This document shows positions 36,364 through 48,790 of a stretch of 64,000 nt of DNA, in pieces. Below the pieces are notes generated by a model, which ran no database searches, was not told where the DNA came from, and saw nothing but the letters and a program-made list of their open reading frames with translations. The translations under genes and the position numbers were made by a program. Each line of letters opens with the position of its first letter. Within the stretch, counting starts at the first letter, position 1. Source of the stretch: Azolla caroliniana (lineage: Eukaryota; Plantae; Polypodiophyta); the NCBI GenBank assembly GCA_043228905.1, contig JBHGNT010000011.1:8556001-8620000 (forward strand), written 5' to 3'.

Positions 36364-38753
36364 GAATTGAGGATTACTTTTAATCCTAGGGATTGAGACA
36401 ACCCATTAAGGCCAAGTGTGAACTGGCATGGGGGCCTTAGGTCTGGCTATAAATATGCGGCCTAGCTACCCTCCTTTGACATTATCGACTACGTCGAAAC
36501 TTTGCTCTTGTGGTGATCAACTCTTGTAGCGAGCGCGCGAGTATCAAGTACGGCTTGATGCCACAATGGTGGTATGGGATACCGATAGAGGCTCGAGTCC
36601 GTCTTGATCCCTTCATTTGGGGGTGGTTGGGTGGATCATCACCCTTCTTTCTCTCTCTTCTCTATTTATATTTATATTATATTTCCTTATCTCATGCTTA
36701 GATTAGGATTTGACTCTAAAAGTGGGTATCAGAGCATTTTTTCTAATATTTTCTTTGTTTTGGATGGTGATCGATCGATATTCGTTCGAGATTGATCCAA
36801 ACACACGTCAACAAAGGAACTTCAGTACTTCCTTTCTTTTTTCTATTCTTTCTTCTCCCATTCTAATAATGTTTTAGTTGATATGTAATAATTTCAATCA
36901 TTAAAATATGTTGTAGTGGTAATCATTTGGTTGTATAAAACATACATATGTATGTGTATGAGGTCAATACCTCAATCGCCATGTATTTGATATGCAATTT
37001 GTGTTGTATAGGTAAGAGACCAATACCTCGATTGCGTATTACGCTTACTTACATATGTTACGTTTGTGTATGAGGCCAATACCTCAATTGTTATATATTG
37101 GATATGTGATTTGTGTCGTATGCATAAGAGGTCAATACCTCAATTGTGTATTACATTTACTCTTGTTTTTTGGATGTTGTGTGTGCGTAGAGGCTATATG
37201 GCTCGATTATATATCTCGTTTACATCATTGATTGGTTTATATTTGATTAATGATTCTTTTATATATATACATATGTGATTACATGTATACGTATGTGATT
37301 GTATACATGTCATAAACATATAGTGTATATATTAGTTATTTGTCACGTGATATTACTTGATCGATGGTTGTCTTTCGGAGTAAGGATCTTGGTGGCTGTC
37401 CTCACATTTTTGTGAGAATGTTGCCATGACTCACCAATGGTTGGACATTTTGGAGGTCGCAAAACTCTAGATTTAGTTTCTCGACAATATTGGTGGCCTC
37501 GCCTTCGTTATTTTGTTGAGGAGTATGTTCGTAGCTATGATACATGTTGTTGATCAAAGAGTCCTCGACACCGATCCTATGGCTTACTACAACCACTTCC
37601 CATTCCGGAAAATCCTTGGAGGTCTATATCCTTGGATTTCATTACCGATCTCCTAGTTTCAAAAGGTTTTGATGCAATTCTCACAGTGGTTGATCGACGT
37701 ACCAAAATTGCACATTTCTTGCCATGTACAAACTCTATTACTAGTTATGTAGGGGGTATTAAGCATCACGGTCTTCCGGATGATATGATTAGTAATCGTG
37801 GTCCACAATTCAATATTACTCTATATGGACTTATAAAGAAGGATCTATCAATTATCCAAAAACCAAATTGGTTCAACACCATCCTATAGCTCCCTATTGC
37901 CTACTCTTTGTACTCCATCGTATAGTGCAATCCAATATTTTCTTTTCAATTCTCTTTCTATCTTCACTATATCTGTTTCTCTTTCTCACTCTCTCCCTCT
38001 CTCTTTGTCTTGGCACTCAAATCCACAAGTTTTTTTCCCTATTTTGGCTTAATCTCTTTCCTCATTCCACTTTACCTCCTTCCCACTCCAAAGATTCTCC
38101 ACCTTCTGAGACCCCTTTTTGTATCTTCTATCTCCCCTTCTATAATCTTCTTATTCTTTCTCTTTCCTCATTTTTTCACGCTTTTTATCTCCTATTTTTA
38201 GCTATGACACAACTACAAACTTAGAAATTTAAAAAGCTACAGAAAGCTCTCTTTACAAGCTTTCTAAAACATATTTAAACATGACATTTGGGTGACAAAC
38301 AATAGAGTTATGATCATTCCTTTTGGACTGTTTTTGGGTGGCCCACGTTTTCTTTTTTTTACTTTTCTCTATGTCTCTTACTTTTACTTTTGACTTCCTA
38401 AGGTCTTAGTTCGTTTTCGTAGCCTCCAAATGTGAATGATCCAAAGCTTATATTCTTGTAGTGTTCAATAGCTTGAATTCTAAAAACACTTTCACATTTA
38501 GCCCTCCCCCTTGCGTCTTGGTGAACCCTAACCTACTAATAAAACCAAATATTCTCCTTCGCCTTATTCATGGCTATAGACAAAGGAGAGAATAAATAAA
38601 AAAGAAACAAATTATGTGACGAAAACCCCCTCTAGTCGGTAGGAAAAACCTCACACTTATAAACATACATACACACACACACACATTGACAATTGCCATG
38701 ACCATCTTTCTCCTTGTCAAGACTCAACACAAGGAAAGAGGTTACCAAAATTA

Positions 38754-39720
38754 TTATGTCTTCGTCAACTCTCCAAACACGAGTAGGGCCATGCGATACA
38801 TAGCTCTTGAGAGAAGTAAGTATGTCAACATATGAATAAACCTTTCAAGTGAGCGAACTTTTTGCACAAACACCTTTAGAGCTTTGAGACTTGTTGGAGT
38901 TGTCACCTTTTGAATTACTTTGATCTTTGATTGTACATGAATTCCTTCTTGGCACACCACATTCTCCACACTACCTTGTTTTTTATAAACGACTATTTCA
39001 TCTACAATCTCATCTCGTAAAGGAAGTGAAAATTGATCTTGTTTGGTTGAATCAATCAAGGGTTGAAAGTTGATGTCATCTTGCCTTAGAACCATAACAA
39101 TAAGTGACACACACCTCAAATCCTCCATATGATAAATGAAACTCTCTTGTAATAATGCGTTAAGATCTTCCTTTTTCACAACCTCCGATTGTTGAAGCAT
39201 TTGGGCAATTGGTACACTCTCCTTCAAGTTGATGTGGTGTTTGATATCATCTTCTCCTTTTATCTATGAATAGACATTTATGAGTAACTTTGGAAACTTA
39301 GAAAGAAGAGAAATAAACCTTAGATGCTCTTCTCCTTGGATATCGTTTGAAATCATCTTCTCTTTTTCCCCCAATGTGACTTCTTCTTCCTCAAACACCA
39401 CGTGGAACAATTTGTTTTCCCTATCCCATGAAGATCCATCAATCGTTATGATTTCCTCTTCGATAGATGATTCCTTCTCCTTTATACATTTGATTAGTTG
39501 TTGTAGATACAAGTTGTAGAAGATGTTAAACCCCTTTGATGGTGATAAGTTCATGATACTCCAATCATGTATTACATGCAATTCTTGCATCCAAGGTCTT
39601 ACTAATAGTAAGGAATAAGATGGACCTTTAATGAGTATAACATGTAAATCTATGGAAATAGATCTACCAAAAAAATCAATAACCTTATCCTCTATAGCTC
39701 CCAAACAAGGAACCAAAAAC
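38754..39720 (-). mobile_element. Heavily degenerate Ty3/gypsy pol fragment (protease C-terminus and RT)
   Basis: YSLLLVRPWMQELH (post-protease LLGRPW motif), HHINLKESVPI, FQPL..STKQDQFSLPLRDEIVDEI and PTSLKALKVF. Confidence 0.65.
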
Positions 39721-40132
39721 CCTTGTCAACTATATTATTTTCATTTATTATTTCACTATAGAAAATTAATGTATATTCCAGATTTCTCTGGAACATTCTA
39801 GAAACTTCAGGAGTACTTCTGACAACACTATAAAAAGAGGCACAAGGCATTATTTTGAACCAATTCCGTTCAATGCCAAGCTTAAGCCTCCTAGCTATTC
39901 TTATACCTACTCTTCATATAATATATCACCTGTTATCATCATTCTCTCTCTCTCTCTCTCTCTCTCTGAGTCTTACACACTCCCTTCCTCTTAGTACTAA
40001 TCTTCATAGTACTTTCCTTCTCTAGTACTAATTCCCTCTCTGTTTTAGTACGATTCCTGACAGTTTGAACCGAATTTGTTATCCTCTTATCCCTCCTTCC
40101 CTCATTATTAATCCTCTTATCCTCCCTAGTAA

Positions 40133-40600
40133 ATGGCAACTATTAGCACTCAAGAATACCAATCTGTTTTCTCGAAGCTCCTGTGCATAAAAGAGAAGTT
40201 TGTAGCACTAGAACAAGAAAATCATCGTCTGTTGGGGGATCTTCAACAAATAACTCTAGAAAAACAACAACACGGGGAGTTGACGTTACTTGTGCAACAA
40301 CTTGAAGCGACTATTGTATCATTACACAAGGATCAAGCACTCAAGAGACTCACAAAGAACCCAAGATCGGTCTTCCTATGAAATTTGATGGGACCCGATC
40401 GTAGTTTAGAGGTTTTCTTAATCAGGTACGTTTAGTGATTCGAATGCATTCTTCTCGATATCCCACTGATGCATCACGAGTGGGACTAGTAGGCATGCTA
40501 CTTAGTGGCACGGCTTTGGCATATTTTGCCCCCATGTTAGAAAAAAGCTCTCCCTTGTTAAATAATTTTGAAGAGTTTATTAGCGAGTTTAAAGCCTTGC
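40133..40600 (+). mobile_element. Degenerate Ty3/gypsy gag fragment (RTL1/PEG10-like capsid type)
   Basis: A coiled coil is followed by frameshifted EPKIGLPMKFDGTRS*FRGFLNQVRLVIRMHSSRYPTDASRVGLVGMLLSGTALAYF. Confidence 0.7.
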
Positions 40601-42055
40601 ATGTGGTTTAGTACCTAGCTATGTGTCTATTTTTTGTTTCAATTTACTAATGAATATTTCAAGCCAAATGGAAGGGGAAGGAGGGGGTTTACCAATAACC
40701 CTTATGGATCATCAATATAGGGATGATGCTATCAGTACACAACAAGCGATACAAAAGTATTGGGCAGAAAAGAAAAGGAAACATCGTCAAATGTTGAAGG
40801 ATAAGAAAGACACATTCACTAAAGGTAAGGATAGTATTGAGTGTGATGTATGTCTGAATACCATTGAGAATGGAAGTAATGAGACTACTATCATAGAGAG
40901 AAAGGTTGTAGACTATTTCAATGTTCAGACCAAGCACATAAGCAATGAAGACAAGAAGGTAGTGCTTTATGGAATATTAAATGATCCATCAATAAAGGAG
41001 TTTGTTGATTGTGATGGTCTTAATGCAAACATAACATTTGTACTAGTAAATAATCTCCGTAATAGTTTCGTATCCATGAGCAGGTCAGAAGATGATCTTG
41101 TCTTAAAAAGGTCATCTAATGATGTTACTTAATAGTGATGTTGACGATCTTAACATCAATGTGCTATCTAAGGTAATCGGTGTTAGTAGAAAAAGTGTCT
41201 ACAATACAATGAACTGGATTATTTCAAGTGGTGAAGGAACTAGTCTGCTAAAGCTAATATCAGAAAGCAAGGATATAATCACCATATTTTGGACTAATTA
41301 GAGTAGGGTTTCACCCAATAAGAAGGATTTATGGAGGAAATGTTGTGGAGGTATTCCTCGCGGATGCGTGGAATGAGGCGGAACCTCGGGGGTCCTGTAC
41401 CAAAGAGCGAGAGAGGAAGGGGAAGAACCCTCTACGTGCGAGCGTAGATCCATAGGGACACGGCCCTTCGACGCAAAGACGCAAGTGGGACAGCGACATA
41501 GAAAGACACGAATGTATGTATGTATTAACAAAGACAAACAACAAGAACACGAAGACAACAAAACACGAAGTCGGTTACAACCGAACATGCCGGTGAACAG
41601 GTGCCGATACCTGTTCGTAAACGCACAGAAAGACAGGAACAAGTTGGAGGTGCTGCCGGAAGCACTCGGGCATTCCTCAGAGCAGCGCGAGCCTCCCAAA
41701 ACCTGCACAGAAGGAAGCTATGGAGTTTGCGAACCAGAGAGAGAGAGAGAGAGAGAGCCTTCGCACGCAACCGACAACACTTCGTCCTCGACTCTCCGCG
41801 ATCCCTCTACCCTCCTCGTCTCCCTCCTTTTATAGGCAAGGAAGGAGCCGTTTCCCCTTTACTCCCTACCTACCGAATCTACCTAGGATCTCCTACGTAC
41901 AACTTAAGGCGCACGTGCATGAAGAGTCGGTTTCTACGCTCCGGTGCACGGATTCCGCTCGTGGACGGTTTTCTTCACGACATCCGCCCCCACCTAACCG
42001 CGCATCCACCGGCATGCGCCAAATTGTGTTGGGACGGAGAAAACCGGTCCAGCCT

Positions 42056-45000
42056 TCATTCCCCGCCCGTCGGTTCTTCCTCGGTTTCGGATCGTTCGTC
42101 GTCCCGGTCCAGGTTAACCGGATCCGGCTCGTTGTCGTGACGCTTCTTGAACGCTTTGATCCGCTTCCCAGCTACCGGTATCGCTATTCTTGTGCCGTCG
42201 AGTTCCGCCAGATGGTACGTCCCGTTGTTGTTGGCGCTTTGTACCACGTAAGGCCCGAACCACCTTCTGGCGAACTTCCGTGTCGCTCGGTGCTGGTTGT
42301 CGAGGCCGCTGTCGTAGACTAGCACCCAATCGCCTTCCTCGATCCTCTTCGGTCGGAGCCGGTGCGTTCGGTCGAACCGGGCTTTGTTCCTCGTCCTTGC
42401 CACTCGAAGCTTTCCCGCGGCCTGCTCCACGTCCTCCGGTCTTCGCTCGAGCTGTCGTATGCGCGCCGCCAATAGTTCCTCCCGGCTCATCTCGTCTCTC
42501 CAGTCCACGGTTGCCCAAGAGGAGATCGTGCGTTCCATCGGCATGATCGGCTTCTACCCAAACATCAGCTCTGCCGGCATGAATCCGGTTACTGAACTGT
42601 GCGTAGTTCGGTCCGCCCACAACGCGTAAGGCAACAGCCGCGGCCAGTTTCCGACTTGACCTCCGCATGCCCGAACCAACGCCTTGACGATCGGTCCGTG
42701 TCCGCGCTCCACCTTCCCATTCGCCTCCGGATTGTATGCAGTGGTAAGCGAGAGCTTGACTCCTAGCCAGTCGAACAACTCCTCGGCCTCTTCGGCGTCC
42801 AACTCCCCGCGATCAGCCACGATCTTCCCGACGCACCCGTACCGGCATATCACGTCCTCTATCAGGAACCGACACACGGCCGCGATCGATTTGTTCTGAA
42901 GGGCTCGGCCTTCTACCTGGTTCGTCAGATCTTCCCGAGCCAGGACCAGATACCGCATCTGTCCCACTCCCATCGGCATCATCACCAGATCCACCATCCA
43001 TTTGAAGTGGATGGTCGGAGGGTACGTAGGGTGAAGCTCGTCCCGATGTCGGACTATGGAGTGCATCTGACAGCTCTCGCAAGTTGTCACGAACCGATGC
43101 ACGTCCCGGTACAGCCCCGGCCACCAGTACTTCCCCTTTATCTTCTCGAACGTGACCCACGTTCCACGGTGTCCAGCCCAAGGGCTGTCGTGGTAGGCCG
43201 TCAACAGCTCCTGTTCTTCCTTCATCGCTACCACCCGGAGCGGGACGCCGTTCCTCTTCTTCGGGTGCTTCCATAAGTATCCGTCCCGGAGAAAGAATCG
43301 GTATGCTTTCTTCCGGATCCGGTTTGCCTCGTCCCTCGTCCATGACGCATCCGGTGTCATCGTCCTCAAAAACCCACCGATCTGGAGCCACTCACCGTCG
43401 TACTTGCTCTCGTCGAAGTCATTAAGTGCCGGAGTGCTCGTCCCATCGGCCGTTACGTATGCTACCTCGAAGAAGTCCACGCCGACTTCTTCGTCCTCCG
43501 AAACCATGCCGCCCTGGTCATCAAACCTTGCCCTCGAAAGCATGTCGGCCATGGCGTTGTCCTTTCCAGAAATGTGCCATATTTCCGGGTCCAGGGACTT
43601 GATGTACGCTATCCACCGGAGCATTGCCAGGTCCGGTGTCGCGCATCCGGAAACCATGCCGAGAATCGGCAGGCAATCTGTCTCGATAACCACTTCTGTC
43701 CCGATCAGGTAATCTTTGTCGGCCTTTAGTGCCGAAACGATACCCCAGAGTTCGCGTTTAACTTGGGCGTACCCTCGCTGTCGTTCACTGAGGACCTTAG
43801 TGCCGAATCGGATCGGGAACCGGGTGCCGTCCCCGTCTTCTTGGTTGACGACCCATCCGATCCCGGTCGGACTCGTATCCACCGTTATGTATACCGGGGT
43901 ACCCTTCTCGTAGACAGCCTTCCGGAGCGGCAGTGCCGCCGCAAGAGCTTCCTTCAGCTTCCGGACTGACTCCGTGTGCTCGTCTCGCCACTCAAATTTT
44001 CGCCCTTTCTTCAGCAACCCGTATAGCGGCTCCGCAACGTGGGCGTAATGAGGGATCCATATGTGGTAGAACGCGCATGCCCCCAGGAACCTCCGAACTT
44101 CCGTAACCGAGCTACAATCGGTCTTCATCGCGGAGATGGCTTCTACCTTTGCCGGAGACGGCTTCCGGCCATATGGCCCACATAGGTGCCCGACCACCAG
44201 GATCTCTGATTGCCCGAAGGCCGATTTCTCCCCGGAGAAGGTGAGCCTCGCATCCTCTAGCCTTTGTAGCACCTTCTCGCAGTCGTCGATGTGTGTTGCT
44301 ACGAATCGCCGGCATCCGTCCGGCCCGAGTGTCTCGTCCTTCTCTTCCACCGGGCACCCCTTGATAGGGATGTCGTCTAGAAACGGCATGGTGATGTCCG
44401 GGATGCAATCCCTCAGTACTTTGTTCATTGCATTCACCATGTGGGCCACCGAGTTGGTCCCTCCTTGTGGCAGGGTACACATTCGTACTAGGCCGAGGGG
44501 AGTTCGCATCGTCGTAATGTCTCTGCTCTCCACGGCTAGCTGGAACTGGTCGTACCCCGAGTACAGATCACCGACCGAGTAAATCGACCTTCCGGCGAAG
44601 GCCTCCGCGAACTCGTCTATGGTCGGTCCGATTCCTGCGTTCCGGATGGTCACTCTGTTGACCGGCTGCAGGTCCTGAATGAAGCGCAATGTTCCGTTTT
44701 TCTTTGGTATGGTAAACCATCGGTTCGAGTATGGCGCGCTCGACGGTTCGAGAATACCCATATCGACTTTCTGCCTCAATAGCTCCATCAACTTCGGGAT
44801 GTGAGCTCTCGGTATTGGAATCGGCTTGAGATTCCACGGTACATGCGGTACCGTGAATATCACCATCGGCTCCACGATCGTCGGGTCCACGCACCCGATC
44901 TCTTCCGGTGAGAATGCGAAGGCTTTCCCGTGCCTTCCGAGCATTCCCCGAAACCAGTCTTCCTCCGCCGGCAGTAGGAACCCGCCCCCACCGATTTTGA

Positions 45001-45526
45001 GCTCCCGGAGCGTTCCGTCGGTGAAGGTGTGTCCTATGCAGGCTGGATCTCGTAAACTGGGGTCCGACGCCACCCTTCTGATTCGGGACTCGCTGCCCTC
45101 CGGCAAGGGTGCCGCAACCGGCCTTACCTTCCGATCCACAGTCTTGTACTTTGTGCTAACTCGGGCCATCCGATCCGACCCGAGCCCCCGACTGAAGTTC
45201 ACGATGACTTTGTACATCTCTTCGGAACATACCGGTATCGTCCGGTCTTCGTTAAGGTCTTCTCCGGCTACCTTCCTCAGCATCCACAAGGTGTTGTCGA
45301 AGGAGACCGCCTCCATGGCTCCGCTGATTTCCTCGTCCGGGCCGAGAACTCCGCACGCTCGAAGTCCCTCTTCCGCCCTTGTCTTTTCTCGGCCAACGAT
45401 GCCGACTATCATACACCCTCCGTTGTCGGAGAAGCAAAATCTCCTACCCATCGTACAATCGTGAGGTCTTTTCCGAGTGTCCGGACTGTCTCGGCCCCAC
45501 GCCTTGGCAGCCCTCTCTAAAAATCC
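42056..45526 (-). CDS. Gypsy pol (RT, RNase H, integrase) with one premature stop at 42554-42556
   Basis: Motifs DLYSGYDQ, LPQG, FLDDI, VDTS, ETDCLP, HDSPWAGH...CESC, ADRG, NGKVERGHG and WFGPY. The TAG at 42554 fits CAG>TAG and the same frame continues to 42056. Confidence 0.9.
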
Positions 45527-47629
45527 TCCCCGTTCTCGCCACCGAGGGATTCGCGGTTTCTCTCGTGGTTCGGCCGTACCGTCAGAAACTGAACCGAATG
45601 GCGCCCGTCCTGGCTTTTGACCCTCGCGTAGGCCGACCCGTTGTCCAGCACTTTGGTCTCCATCCGCGCCGCCGTGATGTATGGTTCACCTAATATGACC
45701 GGGTGTGAGGACGTCTCCTGTACGAAGAAGTGTTGGTCAATCTCGACGTCGCCGATCTTGACTCGCACGTTCGGGCAGGCCCCGTGTAGTTCCTCGGTGG
45801 CGCGCGTCGCCGCCCGTATCTTCCACCCGTGCTTGGTGTTGATCGGCCACTTCCCCTTCTTATAGAAGTCCATGGACATCAGGTTTATTTCCGAACCGTG
45901 GTCCACCAACGCCACCACCGGTTCCTGAACCTCTCCGATCTTTACCGGGGTCTCCGTGGTCGCTCGGGCCCAGTGTGGCCTCGAATAGTGGCTCTCCGCC
46001 CACTCATCTGCCAGCGCCGAGTCATCAATGTGCGTCGTTCGCACCTCTACCGGTCTTTCCGGATCCGTCTCCGTCGACAACCTCTTCCGTTTCACCAAGT
46101 CTACAATGGAGTCGTGGAACTCCTTCTTGGCGATCCCTAACACCTCTCACAATGACAGCTCGACTTTGCTGTCGAGGATCCGTTCTTCTAGGACCTTCCG
46201 TAGGTCCGTAGTCCTTTCTATCTCCGTCCCCAGTCGGTATCCGCCCTTCCTGGGGTTGTCTTGCGAGCTGGACCCGCCGGCATCGTTCCGTCGTTGCCCG
46301 AATCGGGTCTCGTACCGTTGTGAGGGCCCGGCCGCTCCGGCTTTCCCCACTCGCTTGTCTTCTACCAGAGCCTCGTAGTTCCGGCAGGCGGCTTCTACGA
46401 AGCCCGTCTTCTCCTCGACCGGATCGCTCCACCCGGTTATCTCCCGGACCCGTCTCTCAGCACGGTCCGTTTCGTCTTTCCTTGGCCGTGCGCCGGCAAG
46501 ACCTTCCAGCATTGCCGACCAGAATCCGTCTTTACCCTCCTTTCGGGTCTCGCTACCCCCGACCCGAATGCCGGCCGACGCCGAGTAGTGGATGGCCTCC
46601 ACGTTTCGGGCCGCTGCCTCTTCCATCAGCCTCTTCATACCTCCTCGTCCGTCGTTTCGGTTTAGGGCCCTTCTGGTGTCGCGGGCGTGCACCCGGCCTT
46701 CCCACAGGTACACCACCCGGCTCCTCAACGCTTCTGCGAAATCACCGCAGTCCTTCCGGATGTGGCCGACCTCGTCGCACCACATGCACCTGTTCCCTGC
46801 TGCCGGCCGTCGGTCACGAGCCGGTTCCCCGCCTTCCCTTCGAGTCTGGGCGATCTGGAGATCCTTTATCGCCCGCGTCAACTCCTCCAGCGCTGCTCCT
46901 CCGGACGAGCCATTGACCATGCCGGTCGAAGCCGGACCGGTTTCGAGCCATTCCCGGGTTTCTTCCCTTCGTACTTGCGGCGCCGGTTCAAGCCTCCTTG
47001 CTGTAACAGAGCCCGCACCGGCCGCCCCGTTGTCAACCCATTCTCGCCGTTTGTCGAAACGGCCACAGACTCTTTTAACCGCAGCCCAGTCGGTTGTCAA
47101 CCCGTCTTCGGTTTCCAACAAGGAGCCGACTTGATCCCGGTCCCGCTCGTCCACCGACTTGACGAACAGTATCCAGGATAGTTCGGTCAAGCGCCGAAAG
47201 GCGCGCAAAGCGTTCTTCGAACTCCCGGAGGAGTGCCGACGCGTTTCTTCCTTTGCCGGGGAACTCCACCCATCCCATGAAGTCCCATTTCGAAAGCCGG
47301 AGCGTGTCGTCCAACCCATATTTCTCTAGGAGTCGGCCTTCGAACTCCTCCCAGGTACGGCTCTCCGCCCGTACCTCGAGCACATCCGCATGGATGCTCG
47401 GCATCGCCACTCGAGGGAACCCGACAAGACGCCTCTCTTCTGGAATGTCCCGCATCAGCATTTCCGCCCCGTAGGACGCCAAATACTTCGTAGCATCTTT
47501 TCCGCTGAAACGGCCGATCGTACCGACAACCGCCTCAATGGCTCTGTCGAGGGCGCCGGTGCCCTCGCGTGTGCTCAATATCCGATCCACGGCCGAAGCC
47601 ATGGCCTCCGCAAGATCCGACCCCCTCAT
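45517..47629 (-). CDS. Gypsy gag plus aspartic protease in one frame, with a frameshift near 47170 and a TGA at 46147
   Basis: MRGSDLAEAM... gag, zinc knuckle CMWCDEVGHIRKDC, protease ALVDHGSEINLM...VILGEPY. The TGA at 46147-46149 fits CGA>TGA and is followed in frame by EVLGIAKK. Confidence 0.85.
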
Positions 47630-48419
47630 CTTCTGCTCTTCTGCCGCCTCCTCCACGTCGGGTTCACCAAAGATGTGGAGGTATTCCTCGCGGATGCGTG
47701 GAATGAGGCGGAACCTCGGGGGTCCTGTACCAAAGAGTGAGAGAGGAAGGGGAAGAACCCTCTACGTGCGAGCGTAGATCCACAGGGACACGGCCCTTCG
47801 ACGTAAAGACGCAAGTGGGACAGCGACATAGAAAGACACGAATGTATGTATGTATTAACAAAGACAAACAACAAGAACACGAAGACAACAAAACACGAAG
47901 TCGGTTACAACCGAACAGGCCGGCGAACAGGTGTTGATACCTGTTCGTAAACGCACAGAAAGACAGGAACAGGTTGGAGGTGCTGCCGGAAGCACTCGGG
48001 CATTCCTCAGAGCAGCGCGAGCCTCCCGAAACCTGCACAGAAGGAAGCTATGGAGTTTGCGAACCAGAGAGAGAGAGAGAGAGAGCCTTCGCACACAACC
48101 GACAAAACTTCGTCCTCGACTCTCCGCGATCCCTCTACCCTCCTCGTCTCCCTCCTTTTATAGGCAAGGAAGGAGCCGTTTCCCCTTTACTCCCTACCTA
48201 CCGAATCTACCTAGGATCTCCTACGTACAACTTAAGGCGCACGTGCATGAAGAGTTGGTTTCTACGCTCCGGTGCACGGATTCCGCTCGTGGACGGTTTT
48301 CTTCACGACAACGTGTTGGAAGGAGTCAATACGAGGAGCATCCCATTCATCTTCTTGATGTAACTGAGGTATTTACATTTATCTCAACTTTTGTTTTGAT
48401 TTTTGAGCTTATTGTCACA

Positions 48420-48790
48420 AGTCTATACACTATTGAGATTACAATCACTAGGTAATTAGCTACATCAGGGATCAGACATAGCTAATTAGTGACATACAGT
48501 ATTGGCCATAGCTAATTTGCTACATTTGTTAGGGGCATAACTAGTTAGCAACAATAGGTCTATATAGTTATGTCTCTTACTTAACTACATAATAGGTTTA
48601 GCTAATTGTGTCTCCTACTAGCTACTGTTAATAGCTAGTTCACCACAACCGTTGCTAATTAGTATCAGAATATGACCATAGCTAACTAGCCACTAGCAAT
48701 AGCTAATTAGTTATTGCCAATCGCTAACTAGCTATTATCAGCTAATTAGCTACCACAATAGCTAATTAGCTATATCAAAATATGATCATA
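48420..48790. repeat. Cluster of palindromic GCTAATTAGC-type repeats, probably an LTR remnant
   Basis: More than 10 AGCTAATTAG/AGCTAACTAG variants; the same motif recurs in the LTR at 61920-62040. Confidence 0.6.

Larger units (their letters stand above)
30925..37870 (+). mobile_element. Degenerate LTR element (LTR split by the intact copia, Met PBS) followed by a Ty3/gypsy integrase fragment
   Basis: LTR-like sequence from TGTTATGGG at ~30925 resumes after 36368 with CTATAAATA and is followed by the PBS GGTATCAGAGC at ~36725. Integrase motif SLDFITDLLVSKGFDAILTVVDRRTKIAHFLPC at ~37630-37735. Confidence 0.6.
41344..48310 (-). mobile_element. Near-intact Ty3/gypsy LTR retrotransposon without a chromodomain, tRNA-Trp primed (possibly Phygy-like)
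   Basis: LTRs at 41344-41982 and 47674-48310 (about a dozen substitutions plus a GA-repeat indel), TSD ATGT/ACGT, PBS TGGTGAACCCGACGTG at ~47654-47669, PPT AGGTGGGGGCGGA at ~41983-41995. Domain order gag-PR-RT-RH-INT. Confidence 0.95.
40668..48370 (+). pseudogene. Unclassified transposon-like ORF remnant split by the gypsy insertion (40668-41343 plus 48311-48370)
   Basis: HTH-like LSKVIGVSRKSVYN and FWTN*SRVSPNKKDLWRK. Removing the gypsy and one TSD copy restores the frame into RVGRSQYEEHPIHLLDVTE. Confidence 0.5.

Noticed and set aside
42554-46149. Programmed readthrough at the TAG (42554) and TGA (46147) of the gypsy
   Set aside because: Both fit single C>T changes of CAG and CGA within conserved coding sequence, typical of methylation decay.
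31700-47900. Many overlapping antisense and alternate-frame ORFs of 60-210 aa
   Set aside because: They are expected shadows of GC-rich retrotransposon coding sequence and LTRs, with no recognisable domains.
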